In this document: positions 45,301-54,460 of the stretch, piece after piece
Layout: every line of letters begins with the position of its first letter
How positions within the stretch are numbered: the stretch's first letter is position 1
Virus record (IMG/VR): IMGVR_UViG_3300005805_000110
Span: 1-56,093 of that record
Reading direction: 5' to 3' (one strand)
Source of the DNA: a virus
Lineage: Duplodnaviria > Caudoviricetes
Length of the DNA: 56,093 bases
Notes under the pieces: generated by a model
Told to the model about the DNA's origin: nothing
What the model saw: only the letters and a program-made list of their open reading frames with translations
Database searches by the model: none
Program-made: the position numbers and the translations under genes

Positions 45301-47624
45301 ATTATGGTAAAATAAGCAATATTTATGATAATCTGAGAAATTCTGATATTCTGGACATTAGACCAAGAGTTTCTCCTATTGTACCAACAAACAATTCAAG
45401 ATCGCCTTTTGAATTCTTAGCAAGAAATTTTACAGAATTTGGCAATTCTGCTTCTAATGTTTTAGCTTCAGATGAATCTATTCTATTGTCATATTCTTAT
45501 TACTTACCAAGAATTGATTCTATAGTTCTTGGTAAAGATGGTTCATTACAAGTAAAAACAGGAATCTCTGCAGAGGAACCACAACCACCTCTCATAAATG
45601 AAGATGTCCTACAAGTTGCCAGTGTATATCTTCCACCATATCTAACCAATATTAATGATGTTGGGATTGATTTGAAAGAGCATAAAAGATATAGAATGTC
45701 CGACATTACAAAACTTGAAGACCGAATTGATAACTTAGAATATTATACAACATTATCTTTATTGGAAGTAAACACTTCTACACTTTCTGTTACAGATAGA
45801 AGCGGTGTTAATAGATTTAAATCCGGATTTTTTGTTGATAATTTTTCAACAAAAGATGTACAAGATATATTTGCAGTCTATAGAAATTCTATAGACGTTG
45901 ATAATTTAGAGTTAAGACCTAATCACTACACAACATCAGTAGATTTATTGTTAGGAACTAATTCTTCAGATCCATTACAAGATAGAAGAGTAGATAATAA
46001 CTTAGTTGGATCTGGCATAAAAAGAACCGGTCAATTAGTAACATTGGATTATGAAGAGGTTGTAGAACTAGTTCAACCATATGCATCTAGAGCAGTAAAT
46101 GTAAATCCATATATTGAGGAGTTTTATAATGGAACGATTTCACTATTTCCATCTTCTGATGTTTGGTTGGATCAAGTCAGAAATGCATCTAATGAAGTTT
46201 TTGTAGGTAGAGATTTGGACGAATTGTCAAAACTTCTTGAATATGATCCACAAAGTGGATTTGCTGGAGGTGAATGGAATTCTGCAGAAAATATTTGGAT
46301 TATACCAGAACAAAGAACATCTTTTGGTGATAGAGTACTTGATACCAGTATTATTCCTTACATGAGATCAAGAAATATAGAATTTACAGCTAATAGATTA
46401 AAACCATTAACAAGAGTTTATTCATTTTTTGATGGTGTTGATTTAAGTAAATTCATTATACCAAAATTGATCGAAATTAGTATGGAAAGAGGTAGTTTTG
46501 TAGAAGGAGAAACAGTTGTAGGTAGTTTTGATGTTGCATCACCAACATTTAATCGCTGTGGTATAGATAATACACCTATCGGAAGTATTTTAATACCAAC
46601 AATAACATTTAGAGTTGCCAAGCAAAATCATAAGTATGGTGACTACTTAAATCCTACTGACATTTATACAAAAAATCCATACGATTCAAATACAGATATT
46701 CCATCAGTTTATAGTTCCACCTCAACTGTTCTTAATGTTGATACGTACAGTTTATCCAATCAACCACAAGGAGAATTTTATGGGTACATTTCTACTGGAA
46801 TGAAATTGAGAGGACAAACCAGTGGAGCGTCTGCATCTGTTACTAATGTTAGGTTAATAACAGATGCGAGTGGAACGGTTATCGGATCATTTTTTATTCC
46901 AAATCCAAATGTAGATGTTAATCCAAGATTTGAATGTGGAAGTAAGATTTTTAGATTAACCAGTAGTGAATCTAATTCGTTAATATATGGAACTTACACA
47001 ACTAGTGCTGAAGAAAGATATGTTTCTGAAGGAAAAATTAATACAGTTCAAGAAAATGTCATTGTTTCAAGACCTATTAGACTAGAAGTACCACAAGATG
47101 AACCAGTGGTTCCCGGACCAGGATCTCCAGAACCACCACCATCTACACCAGGCCCAGTTTCAACACCATCATCACCATCATCACCATCATTTACACCACC
47201 ACCATCACCAATCAATGTAGCATCAACACCAGCGGCACCAGTAAAAGGAACCACACCACCAACTGTTCTTTACTATAATTATAATAATCCAAAGTTAGCT
47301 CAAGGTGGAGCAAATAGATTAACGGATCTTGCTCAATCAGCAGGTCTTCCTAATAAACTGATTAACAAAATCGGTACTGATATGACAGCAAGACAAGAAA
47401 GAAGAATTGTTAACGCAATTAATAATTCTGATTTTGCATCATCAAATAATATTTCCGTATCGACAGGCAATACTAAAAATGGTACAAAAACTACCGTTGC
47501 GGGTAATAGCGTTTCTACTGCAGGATCAACTGCAGGAAAGGGAGCAACTAACGCAAAAATTAATGAACCACCTAGAGCAGCTGATAAAAACACAGGCAAA
47601 AGAGGTGGAGGTAAAAAAAATTAA
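42321..47624 (+). CDS. large virion structural protein (DUF4815-like), N-terminal part
   Basis: MPQETNLNVSPYFDDF, PGYPVQARELT, RFKSGFFVDNF, IPYMRSR; Pro-rich and basic tail. Confidence 0.8.
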   Translation: MPQETNLNVSPYFDDFDINKGYYKVLFKPGYPVQARELTTIQSILQNQIEQFGNHIFKEGSVVIPGNIVYKNDLNSVIVEESYQGVPSYYYLDSLLGSRIRGQTSGVTATLENYIKSGNGVEKTTLFVKYLSSDTETNSQRTFLNGETLLLDQNAEVLDPNTVDDDDEPSELLIQSGEAFANIVSENAISLGSAVYLEEGVYFLRGYFVNVPTSILYLDPYSNFPSAKVGFRIYEDIKTVVDDDTLYDNAQGFSNYSAPGSDRFSIFVKLDQVPLDSNDTDNFVQLLEVNGGQLISLRNTPEYNILSQELARRTFNESGNYYVNPPIVRVNESLNDFKGNNGLFNENQLTYEDNVPNENLGTYSVSPLIAYVSGFEIERISTSLLDFPKPRDTKTLVDQSINYFTGPTLTLNRVYGSPIVSIANTYYVSLRDSRVGVSPTSAPGNEIGLARVYDFALESGSYTTSNPDENQWDIALYDIQTYTTLTLNEPITLDTPTHIKGKESGAVGFLRYDVSSGLALTVYTTNGSFSLGEKLIFDGVENTRVTRSVKSYGISDVKSLYGVVGSAYTFTADTIQVPSIQVGQVEITEESSGISTVTTTNTFFSGVVDVGNLVAFSNPGSEVNNFAKVLSVSDRSLTIGGVTSVAGVCEGSLPLSTINPSDFRIISTPLQSSEDNSLYTLLPKSYISNVDLTKSQLTIRKQFDVTISSNSTGTITAESNETFLPFDEERYALIREDGVTEALDADKFEFTSGSNSLSINGLSGNGNAKLIATLRKINVKSKTKNRNRIKTLIIDKSNNSSSGIGSTTLNDGLLYGNYPYGTRVQDEEICLLEPDVTKIYGIFESNDFSTPDIPSLILTSLNGITGKTGDLLVGEEFIGERSNSIGIYVEKINDLSVGFNYLNSNSFIVGETIRFRESGITATIVSLGTGDNDISSSFNFDSNQKETIYDYSKLIRRKNAKKPTKKLKIVLESASFSNSDDGDITTINSYNQFNYGKISNIYDNLRNSDILDIRPRVSPIVPTNNSRSPFEFLARNFTEFGNSASNVLASDESILLSYSYYLPRIDSIVLGKDGSLQVKTGISAEEPQPPLINEDVLQVASVYLPPYLTNINDVGIDLKEHKRYRMSDITKLEDRIDNLEYYTTLSLLEVNTSTLSVTDRSGVNRFKSGFFVDNFSTKDVQDIFAVYRNSIDVDNLELRPNHYTTSVDLLLGTNSSDPLQDRRVDNNLVGSGIKRTGQLVTLDYEEVVELVQPYASRAVNVNPYIEEFYNGTISLFPSSDVWLDQVRNASNEVFVGRDLDELSKLLEYDPQSGFAGGEWNSAENIWIIPEQRTSFGDRVLDTSIIPYMRSRNIEFTANRLKPLTRVYSFFDGVDLSKFIIPKLIEISMERGSFVEGETVVGSFDVASPTFNRCGIDNTPIGSILIPTITFRVAKQNHKYGDYLNPTDIYTKNPYDSNTDIPSVYSSTSTVLNVDTYSLSNQPQGEFYGYISTGMKLRGQTSGASASVTNVRLITDASGTVIGSFFIPNPNVDVNPRFECGSKIFRLTSSESNSLIYGTYTTSAEERYVSEGKINTVQENVIVSRPIRLEVPQDEPVVPGPGSPEPPPSTPGPVSTPSSPSSPSFTPPPSPINVASTPAAPVKGTTPPTVLYYNYNNPKLAQGGANRLTDLAQSAGLPNKLINKIGTDMTARQERRIVNAINNSDFASSNNISVSTGNTKNGTKTTVAGNSVSTAGSTAGKGATNAKINEPPRAADKNTGKRGGGKKN

Positions 47625-47646
47625 TACTACAGGTTATGATTTAACG

Positions 47647-47653
47647 ATAAATA
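47647..47653 (+). promoter_or_regulatory. T4-type late promoter
   Basis: ATAAATA upstream of 47676. Confidence 0.55.
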
Positions 47654-47675
47654 AAAATAACAAAAAAGTAAAAAA

Positions 47676-50198
47676 ATGAATGTTATAGATCCACTGGCAC
47701 AATCTTTTTATGTTGAAAATAGGGATGGAATTTTTGTTACATCTGTTGATTTATACTTTTTATCAAAGGATGAAGATTTGCCAGTAACTGTTCAACTTAG
47801 ACCAATGGAGCTTGGACTTCCAACCAAAAAAGTCTATCCATTTGCAGAAGTTGTAATAGATCCAAAAGATATTCAAGCATACACAGACGCATCTGTTCCA
47901 ACTAGAGTAACATTTCCTTCCCCAGTTTATTTGGTGGGCCAAAAGTTTCATGCTTTAGTTATAATATCACAGTCCCAAAATTATAATGTTTGGGTTTCCA
48001 GATTAGGTGAAGTTGATGTTTCTACTTTATCTGGTCAAGAATCTACGCAACTAATAGTCACTAAACAACCAATTTCTGGTGGTCTTTTTAAATCACAAAA
48101 TGCATCGACTTGGAATGAAAGTCCATATGAAGATTTGAAATTTGCCCTATATAGAGCAAATTTCACAGAAACTCAAGGTAATGTTTCATTCTATAATCCA
48201 GACCTAAGTGTAGGTAATGATCAGGTAGCCACTTTAGTTAAAGATCCTTTAGAATTTTCATCAAATAAAGTGAGAGTTGCATTAGCATCTACTGTTCAAG
48301 ATATAGACCTTACGTTCGGAAATACTATTCTACAAAAAGATGTAAATGTAACTGGAAATTATGTATCTTCCGCAGGAGTTGCTGCAACAGTATTTTTAAC
48401 TATAGTAAACCCGGGAATTGGTTATACACCATCAGATGGTAGTGAATATACTTTTACTGATGTACCACTCACTTCACTTACCGGTAATGGTAGAGACGCA
48501 ATTGCAAATATTACTATAGGATCGATAGGTTCTGATGTAGGTGTTGCTATTGCAGCAACAATAACATATGGAGGAACTGGTTATGTTATTGGTGATGTTT
48601 TAACAGCACAAATTGGAAACGAACCTTTAGGTAGAAATTTACAACTTTCTATATCAGAACTAGAAGGAATAAATGAATTAATAATTGACAATGTTCAGGG
48701 AGAATTTGAAGCAGGGACAGCAAATCAAATTCTAATTATTAATAATTCTGGGATAACTACGGATTTGAATTGTGCAGTTGGTGGTAATGTTCTTATACCA
48801 GCAGATGGAATTCAAGTTGAATCTGATGGATTGCATATTAAAGTAAACCATAAAAATCATAGTATGCACGCCGGCGAAAATATTGTAAGCATATCAAATG
48901 CTATAACTGACACAAAACCCATTAAATTATCATCCGATTACTCTGGAGATTCTACTGAAAATATTTTGGTAGATAACACAACTAATTTTTCTACATTTGA
49001 AAATGTAGAGGTTGGACCAACCAATCCAGGATATATTTTAATTGGAAATGAGATTATCTCTTATGAAGGAGTTACTGCAACTTCATTAACTGGAATAACT
49101 AGAGGTATTGACCAAACAAGATCTTTTTCTTACTCACAAGAAACGCCAGTATACAAATACGAATTAAATGGAATCTCGCTGAGGAGAATTAATACCACAC
49201 ATACTCTTCAGGATGCAACCGTTATAGATCCTATAGGATTTGATCACTATACTATAAAACTTGATACATCACAAGCAGGAAAAACAGATCCTCTTCCATA
49301 CGGACAAGTTGATAGGAGTGTGGGTTTAACTTTCCCCAAACTTCATGCAAATGAAGATAAATCTGCAGGAGGAAATTCTATAAATTGCACACAAAATATT
49401 CAATATGAAATAGCAAATCCAAATATTCAAACAACATCAATAAATGGAACAAATATTACTGCATCAATGAGAACCGTATCTGGAACTAGTATTAATGGTA
49501 CAGAAACTTCATTCCAAGATAAAGGATTTACTAATGTGAAATTATATCAAAATAATTATTTTGATTCACCAAGGTTGATTTGTTCTAAATTAAATGAAAA
49601 TGAAAGATTAATTAACCTACCAGGGAAAAAATCATTAACCGTTGATTTATCTTTAGAGACAACAAGTTCTTACATATCACCAGTTGTTGATTTAGATCGT
49701 GCTTCGGTTGTATTTACTACTAATAGAATTAATAGTCCAATAGAAAATTATGCTACAGATAATAGAGTGAGTACTGTTTCTGATGATCCATCGTCCTTCA
49801 TTTATGCAACAAATACAATTCAGTTGGAAATTCCAGCAACTTCGTTGAAGGTATTTGTTACCGCATACGTTAATGTATTCAGCGATCTTAGGGCCTTATA
49901 TGCTATTAAAAGTTCTGCCAATGAAGATTCTTTATTCTATCCTTTCCCTGGTTATTCAAACCTAACAGATGATGGTAGAGTAATTTCACAATCACTAAGT
50001 GATGGAACTCCCGATAAAAACGTTGTAAAAACAAATTCTGTCGGTTATAATGCTAGTGATTTAGAATATAAAGAATATGAATTTACAATATCAGACCTTT
50101 CACCATTTAGATATTTTAGCATCAAACTAGTTGGATCTGGAACAAATCAGGCTTTCCCACCAAGATTATCTGATCTTAGAGTTATTGCATTAGCTTAA
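47676..50198 (+). CDS. virion structural protein (C-terminal partner of the preceding ORF)
   Basis: DPLAQSFYV, GLFKSQNASTW, EDLKF, PPRLSDLRVIALA. Confidence 0.8.
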   Translation: MNVIDPLAQSFYVENRDGIFVTSVDLYFLSKDEDLPVTVQLRPMELGLPTKKVYPFAEVVIDPKDIQAYTDASVPTRVTFPSPVYLVGQKFHALVIISQSQNYNVWVSRLGEVDVSTLSGQESTQLIVTKQPISGGLFKSQNASTWNESPYEDLKFALYRANFTETQGNVSFYNPDLSVGNDQVATLVKDPLEFSSNKVRVALASTVQDIDLTFGNTILQKDVNVTGNYVSSAGVAATVFLTIVNPGIGYTPSDGSEYTFTDVPLTSLTGNGRDAIANITIGSIGSDVGVAIAATITYGGTGYVIGDVLTAQIGNEPLGRNLQLSISELEGINELIIDNVQGEFEAGTANQILIINNSGITTDLNCAVGGNVLIPADGIQVESDGLHIKVNHKNHSMHAGENIVSISNAITDTKPIKLSSDYSGDSTENILVDNTTNFSTFENVEVGPTNPGYILIGNEIISYEGVTATSLTGITRGIDQTRSFSYSQETPVYKYELNGISLRRINTTHTLQDATVIDPIGFDHYTIKLDTSQAGKTDPLPYGQVDRSVGLTFPKLHANEDKSAGGNSINCTQNIQYEIANPNIQTTSINGTNITASMRTVSGTSINGTETSFQDKGFTNVKLYQNNYFDSPRLICSKLNENERLINLPGKKSLTVDLSLETTSSYISPVVDLDRASVVFTTNRINSPIENYATDNRVSTVSDDPSSFIYATNTIQLEIPATSLKVFVTAYVNVFSDLRALYAIKSSANEDSLFYPFPGYSNLTDDGRVISQSLSDGTPDKNVVKTNSVGYNASDLEYKEYEFTISDLSPFRYFSIKLVGSGTNQAFPPRLSDLRVIALA

Positions 50199-50199
50199 T

Positions 50200-50427
50200 A
50201 TGTCATACTTAAAAGTAGAAGGTCATTCAAATCTAGTAAGAGATGAAAAAACAAAAGCAGTTTTAAATACCAATATGTCAGATTATGATCAATATATGAA
50301 ACTGAAAAAAATAAGAGAAAATAGCAATAAAAAAATTGAAGATTTGGAAGAAGATATGACTGGAATTAAGAATGAACTACAAGAAATAAAGTCTTTATTG
50401 AGGAATTTATTAGATGGATCCAAATAA
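50200..50427 (+). CDS. conserved small coiled-coil protein upstream of gp13
   Basis: KVEGHSNLVRD...IKNELQEIKSLL. Confidence 0.75.
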   Translation: MSYLKVEGHSNLVRDEKTKAVLNTNMSDYDQYMKLKKIRENSNKKIEDLEEDMTGIKNELQEIKSLLRNLLDGSK

Positions 50428-50578
50428 AATAGATTTAGATAATATTAATAAAATGTTTGAATATGAAAAATTATCTAGAGATATAGATAGTATAGGTGAT
50501 ATTGAAACTGTTAGAAATTTTGCTAAAGCATATATTAAATTATATTTAAAACAACAAGAAGTAATTTTAAACTTGTAA
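50414..50578 (+). CDS. small helical protein (54 aa, not in ORF track)
   Basis: MDPNKIDLDNINKMFEYEKLSRDID...YIKLYLKQQEV. Confidence 0.65.
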   Translation: MDPNKIDLDNINKMFEYEKLSRDIDSIGDIETVRNFAKAYIKLYLKQQEVILNL

Positions 50579-50579
50579 C

Positions 50580-51428
50580 ATGGCGCAACCTTCCAGCAGA
50601 CAAGAATTAATTGATTATTGCAAGAGAAAACTGGGAGCGCCAGTTTTAGAAATTAATGTTGCTGATGAGCAAATTGACGATTTAATCGATGATGCAATAC
50701 AATTCTTTCAAGAAAGACATTTTGATGGTGTAGGTCAAGTATATCTCAAATATCAAATAACTCAAGAAGATATTGATAGAGGAAGAGCTCCTGGTGGAAA
50801 TAGTTCTACTGCTGGAATAGTACAAACTTCTGCAACTGCAAATATTGCAGGAACTGCTACAACTTTTACATATAAAGAAAATAGTAATTTTTTACAGGTT
50901 CCACCTTCAATTATTGGAATTCAAAAAATTTATCATTTTGATGGAACTAACACTACAACAAATAATATGTTTAGTGTTAAGTATCAATTATTTTTAAACG
51001 ATATTTACTATTGGGGTTCTACCGAAATATTGACTTATGCGATGGTAAAGACATATCTGGAGGATATTGATTTCTTACTTACAACACAGAAGCAGATAAG
51101 ATTTAATCAGAGGATGGATAGATTATATCTAGATATTGATTGGGGAAGTGTTGTTGCTGGAGATTATTTAATTATAGATTGTTATAGATCTTTAGATCCA
51201 AATGATTTTCCACGAGTTTGGAATGATTCATTTTTAAAACCTTACTTAACCGCACTGATAAAGCGTCAGTGGGGACAAAATCTAATAAAGTTCCAAGGAG
51301 TAAAACTTCCAGGAGGAGTAGAACTTAATGGTAGGCAAATGTATGACGATGGCCAAAAAGAACTTGATATGATAATGGAAAAAATGTCCAATACATATGA
51401 ATTACCTCCTCTGGATATGATTGGGTAA
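50580..51428 (+). CDS. gp13: neck protein gp13
   Basis: LIDYCKRKLGAPVLEINV, KRQWGQNL.KF.GVKLPGGVELNG. Confidence 0.95.
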   Translation: MAQPSSRQELIDYCKRKLGAPVLEINVADEQIDDLIDDAIQFFQERHFDGVGQVYLKYQITQEDIDRGRAPGGNSSTAGIVQTSATANIAGTATTFTYKENSNFLQVPPSIIGIQKIYHFDGTNTTTNNMFSVKYQLFLNDIYYWGSTEILTYAMVKTYLEDIDFLLTTQKQIRFNQRMDRLYLDIDWGSVVAGDYLIIDCYRSLDPNDFPRVWNDSFLKPYLTALIKRQWGQNLIKFQGVKLPGGVELNGRQMYDDGQKELDMIMEKMSNTYELPPLDMIG

Positions 51429-51433
51429 GAAAT

Positions 51434-52816
51434 ATGCTAAATCCATTTTTTCAACAAGGTTCTAAAACTGAACAAAATCTAATTCAAGATTTAATTAATG
51501 AGCAATTGAAAATATATGGCATTGATGTTTATTATTTACCAAGAAAATATATAACTTCCAAAACAATATTAAAAGAAGTAATAGAATCTAAATTTGAAAA
51601 TGCTTTTCCTATTGAAGCATATGTTGACACTTATGATGGTTATAGTGGTCTTGGAACTTTGATGTCAAAGTTTGGTATTCAAGAATTAGACGATTTAACT
51701 ATCACAATATCCAAAGAAAGGTTTGAAACATATATTACACCTCTTATCCAAAATATTCCCAATATAGAATTGCCAACTAGACCAAAAGAAGGAGATTTAA
51801 TTTATTTTCCTTTAGGTGATAGATTATTTGAAATTAAGTATGTAGAACATGAAAAACCTTTTTATCAACTACAAAAAAATTATGTATATCAATTGACATG
51901 CGAATTATTCAGATATGAGGATGAGATAATTGATACGACAATAAATGATATTGATGATAATGTAATAGATTCTGGTTACATACAAACACTTACATTAACT
52001 GGAGCTGCAATTACTGCTACAGCAAATGCGCAAATATTTAATGGTGGCGTCCGAAAGATTACCGTAACAAATAGAGGAAGTGGATATAATAAAGTTCCTA
52101 GAGTAGCAATATCTTCTCCTCCTGCCGGTGGATTAACAGCAACTGGTATTGCTACAATGATATCAGGAATTGTGGATTGTGAAGGACTTTTATCTGATAG
52201 AGTTCAAGCAGTTCAAATAACTAATTCTGGATATGGTTATACAGTGGCACCTAATGTTTCTTTTGTTGGTGGTGGTGGTAATGGCGCAACAGCAACCGCA
52301 GAAATTGCAGATGGTGTCGTTGGTATTATAACTATAACCAATGGAGGTTCTGGTTACATAGAACCTCCATCTGTTCTTATAGAAGGAGTTCAATCTATAG
52401 ATGGGAAACCTGCTGTTGCATCTGCCATTATTAATAATGCTGGAATAGTAACGTCTATTAGAATAGATGATACTGGAAAAGGATACATATCAACTCCATC
52501 AGTAATAATAGATTCTCCACCCTCCTCTGGAATTGGAACATTTATATTCAATGAAATTGTTACTGGATCAATCAGTGGAGTTACCGGAAGAGTAAATTCT
52601 TGGAATGCTGTTACAAATGAATTAAAAGTGTCCAATCTCACTGGAAGTTTTAGTATAGGTGAAGATATAGTTGGTTCAAAAAGTGGAACAATTAGAAGTT
52701 TGAGATTAATAGATAAATTTAATACTACAGACCCATACGCAGAAAATGATACTATTGAGTATGAAGCAGATTCAATTTTAGATTTTAGTGAAGGAAATCC
52801 TTTTGGAACTCCGTGA
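51434..52816 (+). CDS. gp14: neck protein gp14
   Basis: EQNLIQDLINE, RPKEGDLIYFP, PFYQL, DFSEGNPFG. Confidence 0.93.
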   Translation: MLNPFFQQGSKTEQNLIQDLINEQLKIYGIDVYYLPRKYITSKTILKEVIESKFENAFPIEAYVDTYDGYSGLGTLMSKFGIQELDDLTITISKERFETYITPLIQNIPNIELPTRPKEGDLIYFPLGDRLFEIKYVEHEKPFYQLQKNYVYQLTCELFRYEDEIIDTTINDIDDNVIDSGYIQTLTLTGAAITATANAQIFNGGVRKITVTNRGSGYNKVPRVAISSPPAGGLTATGIATMISGIVDCEGLLSDRVQAVQITNSGYGYTVAPNVSFVGGGGNGATATAEIADGVVGIITITNGGSGYIEPPSVLIEGVQSIDGKPAVASAIINNAGIVTSIRIDDTGKGYISTPSVIIDSPPSSGIGTFIFNEIVTGSISGVTGRVNSWNAVTNELKVSNLTGSFSIGEDIVGSKSGTIRSLRLIDKFNTTDPYAENDTIEYEADSILDFSEGNPFGTP

Positions 52817-52817
52817 C

Positions 52818-52825
52818 TATAAATA
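52818..52825 (+). promoter_or_regulatory. T4-type late promoter
   Basis: perfect TATAAATA. Confidence 0.8.
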
Positions 52826-52858
52826 TCTAATATATAAGAATAATTAATTCTCTTCAAA

Positions 52859-53872
52859 ATGTTTGAATATTTTTATCACGAAATATTAAGAAAGACTGTA
52901 GTATCCTTTGGCACTCTTTTTAACAATATTTCAATAAAGCACAAAAATAACTCCGGAGATACAGTAAGTGAACTAAAAGTTCCTCTTGCATACGGACCAA
53001 CGCAGAAATTTTTAGCAAGACTGGAACAGTCTCCTGATTTAAATAAACCAGTTCAAATGACTCTTCCGAGAATGTCATTTGAATTTATTGGATTAAATTA
53101 TGATCCACAAAGAAAAGTAACTTCAACTCAAACATTTATATCATCTTCAGCATCAAATAAAAGTCAAGAAAAAAAGGCTTATATGCCAGTTCCATATAAT
53201 ATGGAATTTGAATTAAGCATAATGACTAAGTTAAATGATGATATGCTACAAATTATTGAGCAAATACTTCCTTATTTTCAACCATCATACAATTTATCCG
53301 TAAATTTGGTTGAAGAAATTGGAGAAAAGCGAGATATTCCTATTGTATTAGGAAGCATTACAATGAATGATGATTATGAGGGCGATTTTACAACTAGAAG
53401 AGCATTAATATACACATTAAGATTTACTGCAAAAATATATCTATTTGGTCCTGTTTCTTCTGCATCTCAAGATATCATCAAAAAAGTTTCTGTTGGTTAT
53501 ATATCAGCATCTTCATCTGGAGTGGATGCAAAATCTGGAGGAAGAGATCTTCAATACTCGGTGGAACCTACTGCAACTAAAAATTATACTGGAATAAGTA
53601 TAACTACATTATCTTCCGATGTAGAAAAAACCGATTCATATATAACTGTTGAAGATGCTTCGTCAATTTTACCAAATACATATATTACAATTGATGAAGA
53701 AACAATATACATAAAATCGAAGACGGATAATAAATTATCCGTAACAAGAGGTTCGAATGGAACTGTGGCATCTTCACATGTTTCTGGTTCTTCAGTTCTT
53801 GGAATAACAGAACAAGATAACAATATGATAGAAGTTGGTGATGATTTTGGATTTAGTGGTGGGTTTTCATGA
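52859..53872 (+). CDS. gp15: tail sheath stabilizer/completion protein gp15
   Basis: YFYHEILRK, VPLAYGP, LPRMSFE, IEQILPYFQP. Confidence 0.95.
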   Translation: MFEYFYHEILRKTVVSFGTLFNNISIKHKNNSGDTVSELKVPLAYGPTQKFLARLEQSPDLNKPVQMTLPRMSFEFIGLNYDPQRKVTSTQTFISSSASNKSQEKKAYMPVPYNMEFELSIMTKLNDDMLQIIEQILPYFQPSYNLSVNLVEEIGEKRDIPIVLGSITMNDDYEGDFTTRRALIYTLRFTAKIYLFGPVSSASQDIIKKVSVGYISASSSGVDAKSGGRDLQYSVEPTATKNYTGISITTLSSDVEKTDSYITVEDASSILPNTYITIDEETIYIKSKTDNKLSVTRGSNGTVASSHVSGSSVLGITEQDNNMIEVGDDFGFSGGFS

Positions 53873-54318
53873 GAATGACTAAAAAATATAAAAAACTAAA
53901 TGAAGAGTTTAATGTTTCAGATGAAGCAATAAAACCAGAAATAGTTGCGCACGAAACAAATTCTGAAATTGAAATTAAAGATCAAACATCGCCCGCAATG
54001 AAAGATATTGAAAAAGATTATGAATACACAAGAGGAAATTTATATTCATTAATAGAAAAAGGTCAAGAGGCCATTAATGGAATCTTAGAACTGGCGCAAG
54101 AAAGCGAAATGCCAAGAGCATATGAAGTTGCAGGCCAACTTATAAAAAATGTTGCCGATGCAACAGACAAATTGATGGATTTGCAAAAGAAATTGAAAGA
54201 AGTGGAAGAAGGAAAGACTCCAAAAGGTCCAACAAATGTTACAAATGCACTGTTTGTCGGTTCAACAGCAGAATTAGCAAAACTTTTAAAAAAGCAGTCT
54301 AATGAAGAAAACGTTTAG
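53869..54318 (+). CDS. gp16: terminase small subunit gp16
   Basis: DYEYTRGNL, PRAYEVAGQLIK, NALFVGSTAEL. Confidence 0.93.
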   Translation: MRMTKKYKKLNEEFNVSDEAIKPEIVAHETNSEIEIKDQTSPAMKDIEKDYEYTRGNLYSLIEKGQEAINGILELAQESEMPRAYEVAGQLIKNVADATDKLMDLQKKLKEVEEGKTPKGPTNVTNALFVGSTAELAKLLKKQSNEENV

Positions 54319-54460
54319 ACAGTTTAGAGAAGAGTGGAGTAATAAATATAAAAAGAATATTGATTGCTCAAATCCAAAAGGTTTTTCTCAACGTGCTCAT
54401 TGTGCAGCGAGAAGAAAAAGAGCAAAAGGCGAAGAAACTAAATCAAAATCAGTTGAATGA
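54302..54460 (+). CDS. small basic protein (52 aa, not in ORF track)
   Basis: MKKTFRQFREEWSNKYKKNIDCSNPKGFSQRAHC. Confidence 0.65.
   Translation: MKKTFRQFREEWSNKYKKNIDCSNPKGFSQRAHCAARRKRAKGEETKSKSVE

Noticed and set aside
47151-47160. Minus-strand AAACTGGGCC matching the start of the element
   Set aside because: Only 10 nt, inside Pro-rich coding sequence; the rest of the motif is absent.
47622-47678. Stop-codon readthrough joining the two structural ORFs
   Set aside because: A second in-frame stop (TGA 47637-47639) and a separate late promoter are present.
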